This document shows positions 38,703 to 52,400 of a DNA stretch of 64,000 bases, in pieces. The position numbers were made by a program, and so were the translations under genes. Source of the stretch: Trichinella spiralis (lineage: Eukaryota); assembly GCF_000181795.1 (NCBI RefSeq), contig NW_003526944.1, positions 4,479,293 through 4,543,292 on the forward strand, given 5' to 3'. How positions within the stretch are numbered: position 1 is the first letter of the stretch; each line of letters starts with the position of its first letter. Below the pieces are notes generated by a model. The model saw nothing but the letters and a program-made list of their open reading frames with translations. It was not told the DNA's origin and ran no database searches.

Positions 38703-41700
38703 ATGGAGTGTAGATATGACACTAAATACTTTTATCCCGGTGCCATTTGTAGTATAAAATTGGAAAATTTTATGTACGTACTGTGTGATTTCTATATATT
38801 TACATTCATATTTAATAATTTGTTTTTGTTCTTCAGATATTCTATATTGCTTTATATCACCACTGTTTAACATTTGAGAAATATCACTAGTAACAACCAT
38901 ATAATTTTAGGATACACGATAATTTTTTAATGCATCCAGGTCCAGATTTGAATATGGTTTTTGCTCCCAATGGAACAGGTATTGTTTTTTGCATTTGTTT
39001 CTAGTTTGAATTTTTAAATTGTAGGCAAAAGTGCAATTCTTTGCGCTGTATGTTTGGTCTTCGGCGGTACTCCAAAAATTATTGGTCGTTCGGCAAAGGT
39101 TGAAGATTACATTAAATGGAATAGAAATGAAGCTCGTATACATGTTGAAATGTGAGTGATTGTTTTTCATGTTGTCGGATTGAAACATTCTTTGAAATGT
39201 TCAGAGCATCCGAATTGAAAAAGAGAGAAAAATTCTCACTGATTATTAAAAAGCAGGGCAGAGCTCAATATTATGTGGATGGTGTCGCTTCAACGAGAAA
39301 ATCTGTATGCCTGTTTTGTGATTTTTTTTGAATCTTGAATATATTTCAATTTGATGAAAGTAATATTTTCATAGGTTCGTTGTATTGCCCAAAAATATCA
39401 GATTCAAGTAAATAACATTTGTCAGTTTCTTGCTCAAGATCGGGTTGTTGAATTTTCCAAACAGTCGCCTCTTGATTTGCTCAAAAATACAGTTTTTACG
39501 GTATGTATTTTACTTGCGGAAATACCAACTGAATGCAAAATTTAGGTTGGGCAATGTGACTTGAAAGAAAAATACGACACCATGCATATGTTTAAGCAAA
39601 ATGTTGTAGAAGCTGAATATGCAAAGCAGTGTCATTCAGAGAAACAAAAAGAACTACGAGCTCGTATACGTAGTTTAGAACCAGCGATGCAAGCTTACAG
39701 GTATCAGCAGAGGAAGAAAGAAGAGCTACGCAGGCTTAGAACGAAATTATCATATCTAGTAAGAAAGTTATTTTATTCATTGCCATTTCATGCTCATGAC
39801 TTTATGAGTGATATTATTTTAATAATTGCGAAATAAATACATTTTTCCAAGCAATTGAATGAAAAGATTTTCTTAATAGCAGAATATTTTATTCTGTAGA
39901 AATTGAATATTTGTAATGCATTGTCTTTTTTAAATACATATTTGAATGAAAAATATTTTAAATATCACAAATTGATGTGTGAAATGTTAATTAAATTGCT
40001 ATTAATGAATAGCAGTGGTGGCCGAGTGGTTAAGGCGATTGACTAGAAATCAATTGGGCTCTGCCCGCACAGGTTCGAATCCTGTCCACTGCGTGTACTT
40101 ATATTCTTTTTCTTTAATCTGATTTAGCATTATGAACAAGCAAGAATTCAATATTGCGACGTTGATAAAGAGTACATGGATCTGAAACAGTCGTTGAAGC
40201 AACTGAGCGAGCAGTATTCATCAGTTTTCATGAAATTGAATACACTGGAAAATAATATTCACCGTTTGCAAAATTTATTTCAGAAAAATGTATAAACTGT
40301 TTATTTGCTTTATTATAATTTTGTCTGATATTATTATTTGTTTGTTTTATTTTCAGAAGGGAGTTTTACGTTCTAAAATTAGACGAATAAGGAACAGTCA
40401 ACTATCCGGCTCGGATGTTAAGCATAAGGTAGGTGATTGGCGTGATTGCTGCAATGGAAGTGTGATATATGACTGTCTTAATTTGTATTTTTAAGCTTCG
40501 GAAAGCTGTTCACGAGTGGAAAACCACCACAGAGCATATAAATAATTTTGACAAGATTAAACAGTCACTTTGTGATTCCATCAAAGAGCATAAGGAGATG
40601 GTGGAGACCAAAGAAAAGCGAATGCCCAAGCTGATGGTGAGCATTATTGTTGAATATTGTCTTTGATTGCTTTTTACACTGTTGTTGTTGTTGTTGTTGT
40701 TTTGAGGACGACAGGAAAGAAATCCAAGTGAATATTGACAATTTGAAGCCAATTTTGCAGAACGTTGAAGCAGTCGTACGGGCGCGTTTTTCGGAATTTA
40801 CAACAGTGAAACGGCAAGCTGAGGGTAAGCATTATTGTGGATTAACTTGTCTTTGTTTTGTTTATTTATTATTTATTTTGCATTCTGTTGTATTCATATG
40901 GTATTATGGACATTTTGAATTACTTCCAGTCATATTTTTATTGTAATGCAATATTTTTGAGATTTTACTTTTAGTTGCCAAAGATCAGTTGCTGCTAGTG
41001 AAGCATATAGCTACTGAAAGATTAAATTTACTGGGAAAAGTGAGGCCAAGATATCGTGAAGCTTATTTGTGGTTGTGTCGAAACAGATCATCATTGAAAG
41101 GCAACTTTTACTTGCCATTTTTAACTGTAAGTCGTTTATGTTTTCATCTCATATATGTATTTATTTATTTTCAATTTTAGTTTTGCATTAACATTTTTGC
41201 ATTTTTTAAGGTTAATGTTGCCAGTATTGACCATGGATTGTTTATTGAAAATACAATGTCATTTCGGGATTTGACGACCTTTTTATTCGACCTACCATCA
41301 GATTTAAGAATTTTTATAGCATACACTATAAGAGCAGATATTAAAGTCAGTACTGGCATTGCACCGGCAAAGTATGCTGGAAGAATTGTGCAAATGGACG
41401 ACAGTTTAAGGTATATTTTTTTCCTAAGTGGACAGCTATTAGAAAATAATGAGAAACAAATCAAATTTATTCCACTTTATAGAATTGGATGATAGAAAAT
41501 TATATATGCCTTCAGAATATCCATTTTTTAATTAATTAATTTTTATTGCAACTTTAGGCAGTCTGGTTTTGGTGGTGTGGTCTCAGATTGCATCATAGCA
41601 CCACAATGTGTTAAAAACTACATGCGCATTTTGGGAAATGTAATAAAGTGAACTTTATCATTTCATAACTAAAACTCATATGCTTTTAGTTGGATAGAAT

Positions 41701-44070
41701 TCTCTTTGGTTCCGCAACCGTCGATAATAACTTGGATCGAGCAACCATGTGTGTAGCAAATCATAGACTTTCTCGTTTCATTACTACCCGCCATAACGTA
41801 TAAATAACTTTATGGAAATATTTCTTCTATATTTATTAATTAATATTTAGGGATTTGTTTTTCGTTCACCATACACTGGGAATGTGTCTACATCATCTCG
41901 TACAGTTCGGTATACTATGAATTTGAATACTTTTTCGAATGGCTTAAAAAGGATAATTTATTCAATTCATAAATTGGAAGAAACTGATTAATTTTTAGCC
42001 GATAATATTTAAAAATTTGATCATTAATTTTTAAATAAACAACTTACTCTCAAGTTTATTTGTTGAATTGATTATTTGTTTTAAGCTTAATTTCAATTTT
42101 AGGCCATGTAGAATATTTGCATTGTCAGTGAAAGTTAGTCATTTGAGAAATGTTGAAGAAAATTTTCAGGTATTGATTGAATGCATATGAAACGTTGTGA
42201 AAGAGATATTTTTAAAATAATACGATCAATTTGAAATTTAGACAAAGAACAAATTATTTCAAGAGAAGCAGATAGCTTTTTCCAAAGCAAAAGCAGCTGC
42301 TCAGATAGAGAGGGACAAGATGGCGAAATTTGTGCGAGCCAGGGTGAGCAGCGGATTTGTATCATAATTGAAAAAATGGTAAATGGATTTTTGTTTAGAA
42401 TGAAATTCAATCATCGCTGAATGAAATTGAAAATTTGCGCAAAAGGTTGCAACGCTTGGAAACCAAGTACAGTACTAGACACACGCAAATTGTATGCTTT
42501 TAAATTAGCAAACTTTTTTTTTCGAAAAACACCTTAGCTTACAAGAGTTGATTGACGATTATCCAAGAAAAGTGATTCGGGTTGATGTTGTCCGGATAGA
42601 GATGATATCCCATTTTGAACTTCTTACAAAATGCTGGGCAGCATTATTTGAAGAATTCAATGTATCCCACCAATATAAATAAATAAATTTGACAAGTTTA
42701 ATTTCTACAATTTTCAGACATTGGTTACCATTTGGGAAGAAACTAATGAATGTCATCATGAGACCGTTTTAGCTTATGAAGTTTATGATAAAGAGCTGAA
42801 GCTGACAGTTAAAGAAAGGGAATTGAGACGGATATTGCAAGTAAATAATTTTCATAATTTTCATCTTATTTCTTTACATCTTTTCAAAATTCATCTTATA
42901 TCTTTGTAAGGAGCAAGTGAACACGAAAGAAAAGGAGTGGAAATTAAAAAAAGTGAAAGCATTGAAAACTCTGACCGATCTGACGAAAGCATTGGGCAAA
43001 CCTCTACAAACTGCAATCGAAGTCATTGAACTTCCTCGGGTAAATTTGTTCTTCTGCTGATTTTTCATATTCATTTTAAACAATTGCTTTGTATTATTAT
43101 AGGAATATTCCGGCTTATCAGATTCAGTGGATGAGTTGAATGAAAATATTAAAATAATTGAAGACATTTTAAGAAATGCAGATCCTTCAATTGAAAAAGT
43201 TAGTTTGGCAATTAGATGAAAAAATTAAATTTGGACGAATGTTTCTTCTGATTTCAGGATGCGGCCGAATACATGCGGCTGTGCGCAGAGAACGAAAAGA
43301 TGACTACTGAATTTACATCACTGGAAAACAAAGTATGATGACGAAAGTGAAGTTTGTTTCTTTTTTAATATTAGATTGTTGTTAAATTTCATCAATTCAT
43401 TTAAGGTAAAAGAATTGAATTTTGCATATCAAAATTCCAAACTCGAGTTTGTCAATGCAATGGGCAATGCAATTGGCGAAATTAGCAAACAATTTTGCCG
43501 TTTCATGTTCAAGTTGGATGCCACTGGAGAAATTTGCTTGGAAAATTGCCCCACTGAGGTGAGAAAAAAATGTATATATAATGATTATTTAATTCAATTT
43601 GAATTAATTGAAAATTTCAAATCCAACACAGAGATCTTGTGATTATGGATTGATTATTAAAGTCAAATTCAGCGGCAATCGATCATTACGAAAATTAGAT
43701 CACATGAGGCAGTCGGGCGGCGAACGGTGCATATCTACAATGTTGTACATGTTAGCGTTGCAAAAGTCGTGCAAAGTGCCTTTTCGATTTCTGGATGAAA
43801 TTAATCAAGGTAAATTTTTTGTTTGTTTGTTTGTTTTCTGCCATTATTACCATTTTTCGGTTTATCTTTTGATTAGGAGTAGATGAGCAGAATGAGCGAC
43901 TTCTTATGCAGCTTATTAATAGCCTTGTTCAAGAATTGAAATCGGACACCGCCGGCGGTCATTCTACTTGTACATCTCAGTATTTCTTGCTTTCACCAAA
44001 AGTACTGCGAGACGACAGTTATGGTGACTATTGTAAAGTTGGATTCGTCTGTAAAACGCAGCATATTTGA
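38703..44070 (+). CDS. SMC5: Structural maintenance of chromosomes protein 5, about 25 short exons
   Basis: PGAICSIKLENFM; Walker A APNGTGKS; IQVNNICQFLAQDRVVEFS; signature QSGGER; Walker B PFRFLDEINQGVD; QYFLLSPK. Confidence 0.95.
40012..40093 (+). tRNA. tRNA-Ser(AGA), 82 nt, located in an SMC5 intron
   Basis: Acceptor stem GCAGTGG/CCACTGC, A box TGGCCGAGTGG, anticodon arm ATTGA-CTAGAAA-TCAAT, long variable arm, B box GGTTCGAATCC, and a T-run at 40107-40111. Confidence 0.98.
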
Positions 44071-44256
44071 AAATACATTTTACCAGCATTTTTATCATGT
44101 CACTGTTGAATTTTATACATACTGAGTATTTTTTTACCAGTATCTCGAATAATCATCACATAAGTTTTACAATTTTATTATTATTGTTGTTGTTGACGAC
44201 TTTCACTGAAAATGTCTCCATTTTAACTCATTTATCAATGAATAATTTTACCCTCC

Positions 44257-44259
<3 letters not shown>

Positions 44260-44294
<35 letters not shown>

Positions 44295-44384
44295 GATGAA
44301 TGAAGAAAAAAGTGAACAGACAAATTGTGATGCTCAGGTTTCGTTTCGTTTGTTCCTCTTGTTTTGGTCAGCTTATAGAAAATG

Positions 44385-44437
<53 letters not shown>
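44260..44437. repeat. Two (TA)n microsatellites (44260-44292 and 44386-44437)
   Basis: Perfect dinucleotide runs read directly from the sequence. Confidence 0.99.
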
Positions 44438-44439
<2 letters not shown>

Positions 44440-44689
44440 TACACAGATAGATAGGTTGACGCCCATGGTTTGTAATTTACAAAATTGAAGAATTTCATTC
44501 TGGTTACGTTCTACTGTAATTTGATGGGCAATTTTTCCCAATATCACAAAGAGAACGCTTTGAAGTTTATTTAAAATGAGATGATATTTTAAAGTTTAAA
44601 GTTGAAAGACAAGGAAGGGGATGGATGATTTTGTTATTTTTTCAATTTTCGCCTGTTATATCAGTGTCGACGTTGCGTTAAAGTGAGCG

Positions 44690-45457
44690 ATGAGTGAACG
44701 ACAACGACAAGAAGAAAAAGAAATAGAAGATGCAAAGCAAGGTTGCTTTTTCAAAGTCTATTCGGCTTGTCAACGGCAAACCAATTACAAGCCAATCAGT
44801 TCTACTTTGGCGTCGAAATTGGCGTGCGGACCGACGAAGCGCAGCATAGAACACGAAGCTGTGCAGAACAATATTTCGACGGATGTTGTCGAGTTGGCAG
44901 CTTCGGATGACGAAAACATGATCCAGACCGGAGCCAACGTACCACATTCACTTGCTTCTTCATCTCATCCAAGGTAATAAATAAATAAATGAATGAATTG
45001 TGAACGACAGACTAAATGTCTAGAGGTAGATTCGATTTTGGGAAGTTTCAGAGTTGACGGTGATGAGGTGTTGAAAACGGTGGATCCGGAACGTGTAAAA
45101 CGTACTTTGCAATCGTTGCAGAAAGTGTCGAATCCGAAAATTATGGAAAACGAGGAAACTGTAGAAATGGCGGTGAAATTGTTGGTCAAGCCCGCGAGTG
45201 AAAATCGTCCGCCCACGTTTGAAGAAATGGAAAATGTATTTCGAATTATTGACAACAACGTCACGCTCAAGATGTCGGATTTGAAGAATTTTTTCGAACG
45301 TGTGGTCAGGGAGAAAATTTTAACCCAAACCGAAGCCGACGAGATTGTCAAACGTCTACTGGCGAAAATGGCCACTGGGGCGAACAGACGACTACTTCCG
45401 TTGAATGATGTTCGTGACTTTTTGACGTCGTTGATGACAGCCAAGACAAGTAGTTAG
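44690..45457 (+). CDS. Hypothetical 229-aa protein with a degenerate EF-hand-like C-terminal lobe; exons 44690-44973 and 45052-45457
   Basis: A phase-2 intron AG|GTAATA...GTTTCAG joins the two ORFs in frame. EEMENVFRIID...LKNFFERV..EKILTQTEADEIVK resembles the calmodulin C-lobe helices. Confidence 0.7.
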
Positions 45458-46487
45458 TTGTTGTTGTATTTGTTCATTGTTCTTCTCAAGTAATCCATTT
45501 AAAAAAATAATAAATGGACAATATACAGATGGATATTGATTGTATGATGATGATGATGATGATGATAATTGTTGCGCAATTGAATGAAATTTGTTTTTTG
45601 TGCATAATGCCCCACGTGTGTTGGCAAAGTCAATAAAGGTACCACCAGATCGTGCGAGAGGCGACGACGGGTTGTATTAAATACTTACTTGAACGCTCTT
45701 CAGTTTGGTGAACAGTATTCGCCCAGACAGTAACGCAAACACACGTGTATCGATCACACATCGATATCACCAAACAAGGGCAGACAGAGATTAGACGACT
45801 TTTTCAGCAGTACTAATAATAATATTAATAATAAGAATAGTGACAAACTTTCTTCACTTATGATTGATTGATTATTCATTCAGTTATTCAATAATAAATA
45901 GAGTAGCAAAGTCCAGTCAGTCATAGTCGGCGAGGAAAAAGAATAAGAACTTTTTCAATGTTCCAAAATAACAACAACAACAATAATATCGTGTTAACAA
46001 GCAGGAAACACAAAGTGTACGTGTAAAACAGTAAGAAGACATACCACAAGAAAAAATACTGCGCCAGTGCGAGTGAGATGTAGCGGTGGTAATTAAATTC
46101 AACTCTAATATACATATAGAACACAACTGATGACGACGAGGATGGGAGAGAAAGTATTTTTCACTATAATTGTCAAAGAAAGGAGAAAGTGAATGAACGT
46201 AAAACTTCAAAATTTGCAACTATTTTTTTCTGAGCAAAGCAAGAAGAAGAAGAAAAGGAGGAAATACCCGTATTTTTCAAAAAAAATGAATCGTATAAAA
46301 AAATATTGTCTAAAACATAAGATTATGAACAATAGTAAAAACATTAATAAAACAACAATTATTATGAACAAATAACAGCAGCAAATACGTGTTGGTAATG
46401 GGAAATATAGTTGAATTAAATGAATAGAAAAATTACACCATACTTGCAACCTGTCGGATGTTGGTTGGTTGGTTGTCTTGGAAAATT

Positions 46488-49400
46488 TCATGCAAACGCT
46501 TGTGAACTGTTGTTCGAGGTATTGTTGTTGACGCTGTTGTCACCGGCATGTTGATTGGAAGATGATGCAGAAGTGGAAGAAGGATTGATCACTTTCAACG
46601 TCGACGGTGAAACAATATACGGATTAGCCGGATACGGATTACTGTTGCTTGTGTTGATCATGTTCGAACCAGCAGCCAGAGCTGTTGTCGACTGTTGTTG
46701 TTGCATTGAATGGTGCTGCTCTTCACCGTCGAAAATGCGCTGCATTTGGACAAACTTTGCTGGCAGACGATTGCGTCTGGAAAATTCGTCCTCTTCCAAC
46801 GCGGCCAACAATTGTTCCTTGTACTGATTGACGTATTTGTACAATTCTTGCAAAGCGCCAAGCACGTTGAACTCGGTCAACTGTTGACGAGACTCTTCGA
46901 CCAAAAATGCATTCATATCTTGATCCGATATGACGGGCAAATCTCTCACGTCCATATAATAACTGTAGAAGAAGAAAAAAAATTGTAATTTTCTGTATTT
47001 TTCACGACCTTCCCCTCCCAAATATTCTCACCGTTCAACCCATTCACGATAGGAGTGAATATCGCGCGCAAAGAGCAGTTTCGACGACGGACTGTCTTTG
47101 GTCAACTGGGGATCCTGCGTTGAACATGAATCCATCAACGTCTGTGCCACCACGGACAGGCAACCTTCGATCTTGGCCGGTCGTGGAATGTCGAATACGA
47201 AATGTGGATTTTTGATCAAATTGACCCAAAATCGAAGCGGCAAACTGAAAGTGAAAGTGAAAGTGAAACGCTGCTGCTCATCAGACACACGTTGGCAATT
47301 TTTACCTGTTACTTTTCCACGTGTGCACAACTTCCGGATCCATAATGCCGTGCTGGGCAGCCTGGTCGTCCATAAAGTCGTACATGTATTTGATGCACAA
47401 CGGCAACGTGTTGCCCCGGTGGGCGGTGGAAAATATCGCCTCGAACAGATCTTCGACGAACTTTTGCAACGTACCTTTGGTCGTCAACAGGCGAGTCAAA
47501 TAAATTTCCGAGACCATTTTGCCACCGACCCGTTCGACGCCACCGATATCCGCCTGGTGATGGTGATGGTGGTGGTGGTGGTAGTAGTGGTCGTGCGGTT
47601 TCACCAGGTGGTAAATTTTGTAGCCCGAATCCGACGACGACTCTTTGCCGGGCGAAAATGCCCTGGCCAAGGTGGGGCTGTTTTTCAACGAAAACGTGCT
47701 CGACTTGTCCGACCGTTCGGACAGCAACGACAAATTGTACATCGACGACTGTTTGCCACGATCGCCACGTCGCGTTGTTCTGTACCTTGTATGGGGCAGA
47801 GTGTTCAGCGCTCCCAGCCGCCTGGCTCCGGCTNNNNNNNNNNNNNNNNNNNNNNNNNNNNNNNNNNNNNNNNNNNNNNNNNNNNNNNNNNNNNNNNNNN
47901 NNNNNNNNNNNNNNNNNNNNNNNNNNNNNNNNNNNNNNNNNNNNNNNNNNNNNNNNNNNNNNNNNNNNNNNNNNNNNNNNNNNNNNNNNNNNNNNNNNNN
48001 NNNNNNNNNNNNNNNNNNNNNNNNNNNNNNNNNNNNNNNNNNNNNNNNNNNNNNNNNNNNNNNNNNNNNNNNNNNNNNNNNNNNNNNNNNNNNNNNNNNN
48101 NNNNNNNNNNNNNNNNNNNNNNNNNNNNNNNNNNNNNNNNNNNNNNNNNNNNNNNNNNNNNNNNNNNNNNNNNNNNNNNNNNNNNNNNNNNNNNNNNNNN
48201 NNNNNNNNNNNNNNNNNNNNNNNNNNNNNNNNNNNNNNNNNNNNNNNNNNNNNNNNNNNNNNNNNNNNNNNNNNNNNNNNNNNNNNNNNNNNNNNNNNNN
48301 NNNNNNNNNNNNNNNNNNNNNNNNNNNNNNNNNNNNNNNNNNNNNNNNNNNNNNNNNNNNNNNNNNNNNNNNNNNNNNNNNNNNNNNNNNNNNNNNNNNN
48401 NNNNNNNNNNNNNNGAACAGCGGCTGGCCGGCGCAGTCGAGCAAATATTTGTGCATGAGAAAAGTGAACCAGGCGGCCAGCATCCGTTCGGCGACCGACT
48501 CGGACCGGCGGAACAGAATTTTCGGCTGGTGCCGGCTGCGAACGGTCCGTTCGATCAACGCTGCCAGCAAAGTTTTCAATATGTCCGTACAATAGTCCAT
48601 CCGTTCGTGCAAAATGACCATCAGCAGACTGCCCACGTAGACTCGGTCTTTGCTCAAAAAGTATTTGTTCGATTCGAGCACGCGCACCAGCGTCAACAGG
48701 AACGTCTTGTTCATGAGCAGTTGGTTGAATTGAAGCAGCCCCTTTTCGACTGCGCCCCTGGACCGACGGTCCGACCGAGGGGCTAGGTCGGGCTCGAGTC
48801 GGAGGAACGACGACGCCTGGCCGGTCGAGTTGGGAAACAACACCTGGAGCACGTAGTCCTTGTAGGGCAGGAACGGTATGCCGGCTTTGGTGGTGGTGTC
48901 GGCGGTCCACTCGGTGGCGATGTCGGTCTGCAGCTCGGCGAACGCCTCTTTGCACTCGTTGGCGACTTTCAATTCGATGGCGTCGATCTGCTCTTTCAAC
49001 GACCTCATCTGGCGCCGCTGTTTGGTCGACTTGCGCCTGTAGAGCAGCAACAACACCAACACCACACCGACGAACAGGGCCAACACGGCCGCCACTGTGG
49101 CCACGGTCTTCGCCGGCCACGAGCCGAACAGCGCCGTCTCAGACGACGACGGATCGTCGTAGCTCAAATAGCCGATCGTGTAATTTCTGCCCCCGACGCT
49201 GACCACAACTTCGGGCAACGTTGCCACAACCGCCGCGCGTTGGTTGGCCAGCATCGACGTCGATGTGGACGACGTGCTGCCAAGATGGGTTTCGAGGGAC
49301 GACAACTGCTGGTTGCCGACAACAGTTGACGCCGGACGGTGAAATTGCTGCTGCTGCTGCTGTTGCCCCAGTGCGGACGGCGGCTGCTTGTCCGGTGGCT

Positions 49401-52400
49401 TGCAAGTGACCGCCCGGCTGGCCAGAGCGGTCAAGTTGCAAAGTTCGGCGCCGACGTAGATGCGAACGTCTCTCTCGTTGACGGCCAGGTCGATGTTGTT
49501 GCCGTTGATGGTCAAGTAGTCGTTTTTGAAATACTTGACCGGTAGGGTGGTGCCGGTAGTGCCGCCGGTGCTCGACTGGAACAACTCGAACTCCGGGTCC
49601 GGGTAGACGCTGAACGGCCTGAAGCCACTTTTGGAGCTGAGGTTGTTGGCCGAGTCGACGCCGTCCATGCTGAAGCCGTAGTCGACCAGCAGCGGACGGT
49701 CCGGTTGCGGGTAGAGGTGTTGGTCGATCAACGGGCCCAGAGCCGGCGTGCGACACAGAGCCTGGTCGGCGGTCAAAATCGTACACTCCGAACGGGATGT
49801 TTGGCGGTCTTGGAGCGTGAAGTGCATGGTCATTCGCTGGACCAAGTGGAACCGCTCGCCGCGCACGTCGACCTCCACGCCGCCGGACACGATGCTACGC
49901 TGGGGCGACACCACCAACACGGCCGGATCCTCTTCGAAAGTGAACTGCTGGCTGGCGTAGGTGGCGACCGCGTTGTCGAAGCGCATCTCCACGCCGCCGG
50001 TGCGACCGGCGAGGGAACTGGCGCCGGTGCGGCAAAGCGCCCGACGCGGTTCCAAGCTGAGCACGTGACAAGGCACACCGCCGACCGTGGCGGTGATCCG
50101 ACTGCCGGCGTTCAAGTGATTGCCGCGGATGGTGAGCACCGTGCCGCCGGACTGGGGACCGCTGGTCGGCGTGAAGCCGCCGATCTCGGCCACCACGTAG
50201 CGGAAATCTTGGTCCGAAACCGCGACGTAGTCCATCACGTCCCGAATCTTGACCACCACCGGACCGCTCTGGGTTTTGCGGTGCTTGGCCGGACCGGTGA
50301 CGCAGACGATGCGCGTGCTCGGCTCGTACAGTTCGGCGATGGGCGTGCAGACGACATTTTTGATCCGGACGGCGTTTTCAATTTCCGAATAGTCACGCCC
50401 CAAATTGACTCCTTCAATCGTGAGCCGGGTGCCGCCGTCGACCGGACCGGCCGTGGGCCAAAATTTCACAATCGTCGGATTGGGGCACGTGTCCCGGTGG
50501 TGGAGCCAACGCCGCTGGGAGCCGGAACCGCCGACGTCGCATTTCGAATTGATCGTGCAGCTCTGCTGCTGGCCGGCGGTACACCAGCCGCAACCGTACG
50601 ACGCGGGCAAGTGCAAACAGAGGCCGCAGTTCGACGCCAGCCGTTCGCACTTGTACATCACCACGCCGATGTTGTGGACATTGTCCAACGCTTTGCCCGG
50701 GGCCCAGGTGACCGAAAAACCGGCGGTGACGTTCGGCTCGGGGTCGAAGTAGGAAAATTCCATCTGGTCGCATTGAATCAGATCGCCCAGTCGACTGGCC
50801 GGTCTTCGGTGTACGGCGTTGCCGATGCTGAATTCGCAGGTGAATTCTTTCTGAAAGTCGAGCAGATTGACCGCCCGGACGGTGACCGCAGTGACCGTAC
50901 CCGACGGAACCAATATTGTCCGCTGATCTTGGGCCACGATGTGCGGACAAAAAAGGGCGGCGCCACGTCGTCGACCAGTTGTCGTTTTCGACATCATGCC
51001 GTTGACCAACAGCTGACCACGACATTGTTCAGCCGCGCTGGCCGTGCACTGGGCACTTTCGGCGCACCAATCGCAGCCAAAGTCCGAATTGACACAGTCG
51101 TGACAGCTGCGGTAGTTGGAACAGTCGTAAAAAGTGAAATTGATGGCAGCGAAATCCGGCCCGTCGTCCACTTGGATACTCAACAAAGCTTTCAATTCAT
51201 CTGAATTGACGGGATTTTTATTTATTTATTATTTATTCATTTGTGAAAAACAACAACAAATTGTTAATCACTTACGTTGATCACGGGGAATTGGCGGAAG
51301 TAGATTAGTCTGCGGAGTTGGGCAAGAGATTGCTTGATCAATTGGACCTGAAGCTCCAGTTATTAATTTTTTCGTGCCAATCGTAAACACGCACGACAGC
51401 TGACCACTGACGGCAGGAAAATTTTGAACAGTAAGCTCGAGCTAGAACAACAAATTATTTCAAAAATAGAATATTCTCCTCCTCCTATGTTGTGATTGGT
51501 CGTTTTGTGTGTGTTTTAAACTTACAAATTTGGCAGTGGTAATTTGAATTTTATCCGGAACCACTTTGGTCAACGAAGTGCACTTGGAATCTTTGTACGG
51601 CAACCAGTGGGACGATTTGCAATCTTCTTGTGTGCTGCATCTGGAAAATGGAAAAAAAACCAACTGAAAACTAACCAAATGGAATAAAAAATTGTATCTA
51701 TTTTTTACTTATTTTCCAACGAACACCAGCCACAGTAGGGATCTCTGGCGTTCAAGCATTGTTGACATCGTTCGTGACGAATGCACTCGTGCACGCGTAC
51801 TTTGCTCAACTGAAAATTATTTATTGAATTATTATGCAAATTAGAAAAAAAAGAACAAGTCCATCGTTATTATTATTATTATTTACCGATCGATTTGTCA
51901 AAACGTACAAAAATTGATTGGACATGTCGAAATCGATGCTTGGCAAAATTGGCCAACCACTTTCCACCCGGAACGTGTCGTATTGATAAGCGGATGTGGC
52001 CGTTTCGACAACTACCTGAAACAGAATATAGACGGTGTTTGATTTCTTTGTTTTTTTTCCCCCACCGGATGAGGGTTCAATCTTTTTGGTACCTTTTTCA
52101 ATTGACCATCTTCGGTACCGAGAAACAGAACCGTATACATGTGCGTAGTAGTGCTGGCAACGGCCGTCAATCGACTGTCGTCAGTGGTAAATGCCGGCTT
52201 TTGATGGACCGGCAACGAACCATCCAACGGATGATTGACTTCATTATTGCACAACAACGCCGACATGCTGTAGTGCTGCGAACAGTAGGAACAAGAGGAA
52301 AATTGATGAATTTTAAAAAGAAAAAATAATTTCTTTTTCATACTGTAGATATGCAGGGTCGCTGTTGGTGGGCCAAACCGCACATCGACACACCCTGGGC

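Noticed and set aside
47745..47833. Frameshifts in plexin (EPGGW / LNTL / YKVQNNAT / KQSS split across frames)
   Set aside because: Clustered at the edge of an assembly gap; most likely sequence errors rather than pseudogenisation or recoding.
47098..51204. Long antisense and alternate-frame ORFs over plexin (562, 603 and 499 aa)
   Set aside because: Shadow ORFs caused by GC-rich codon usage and the N run.
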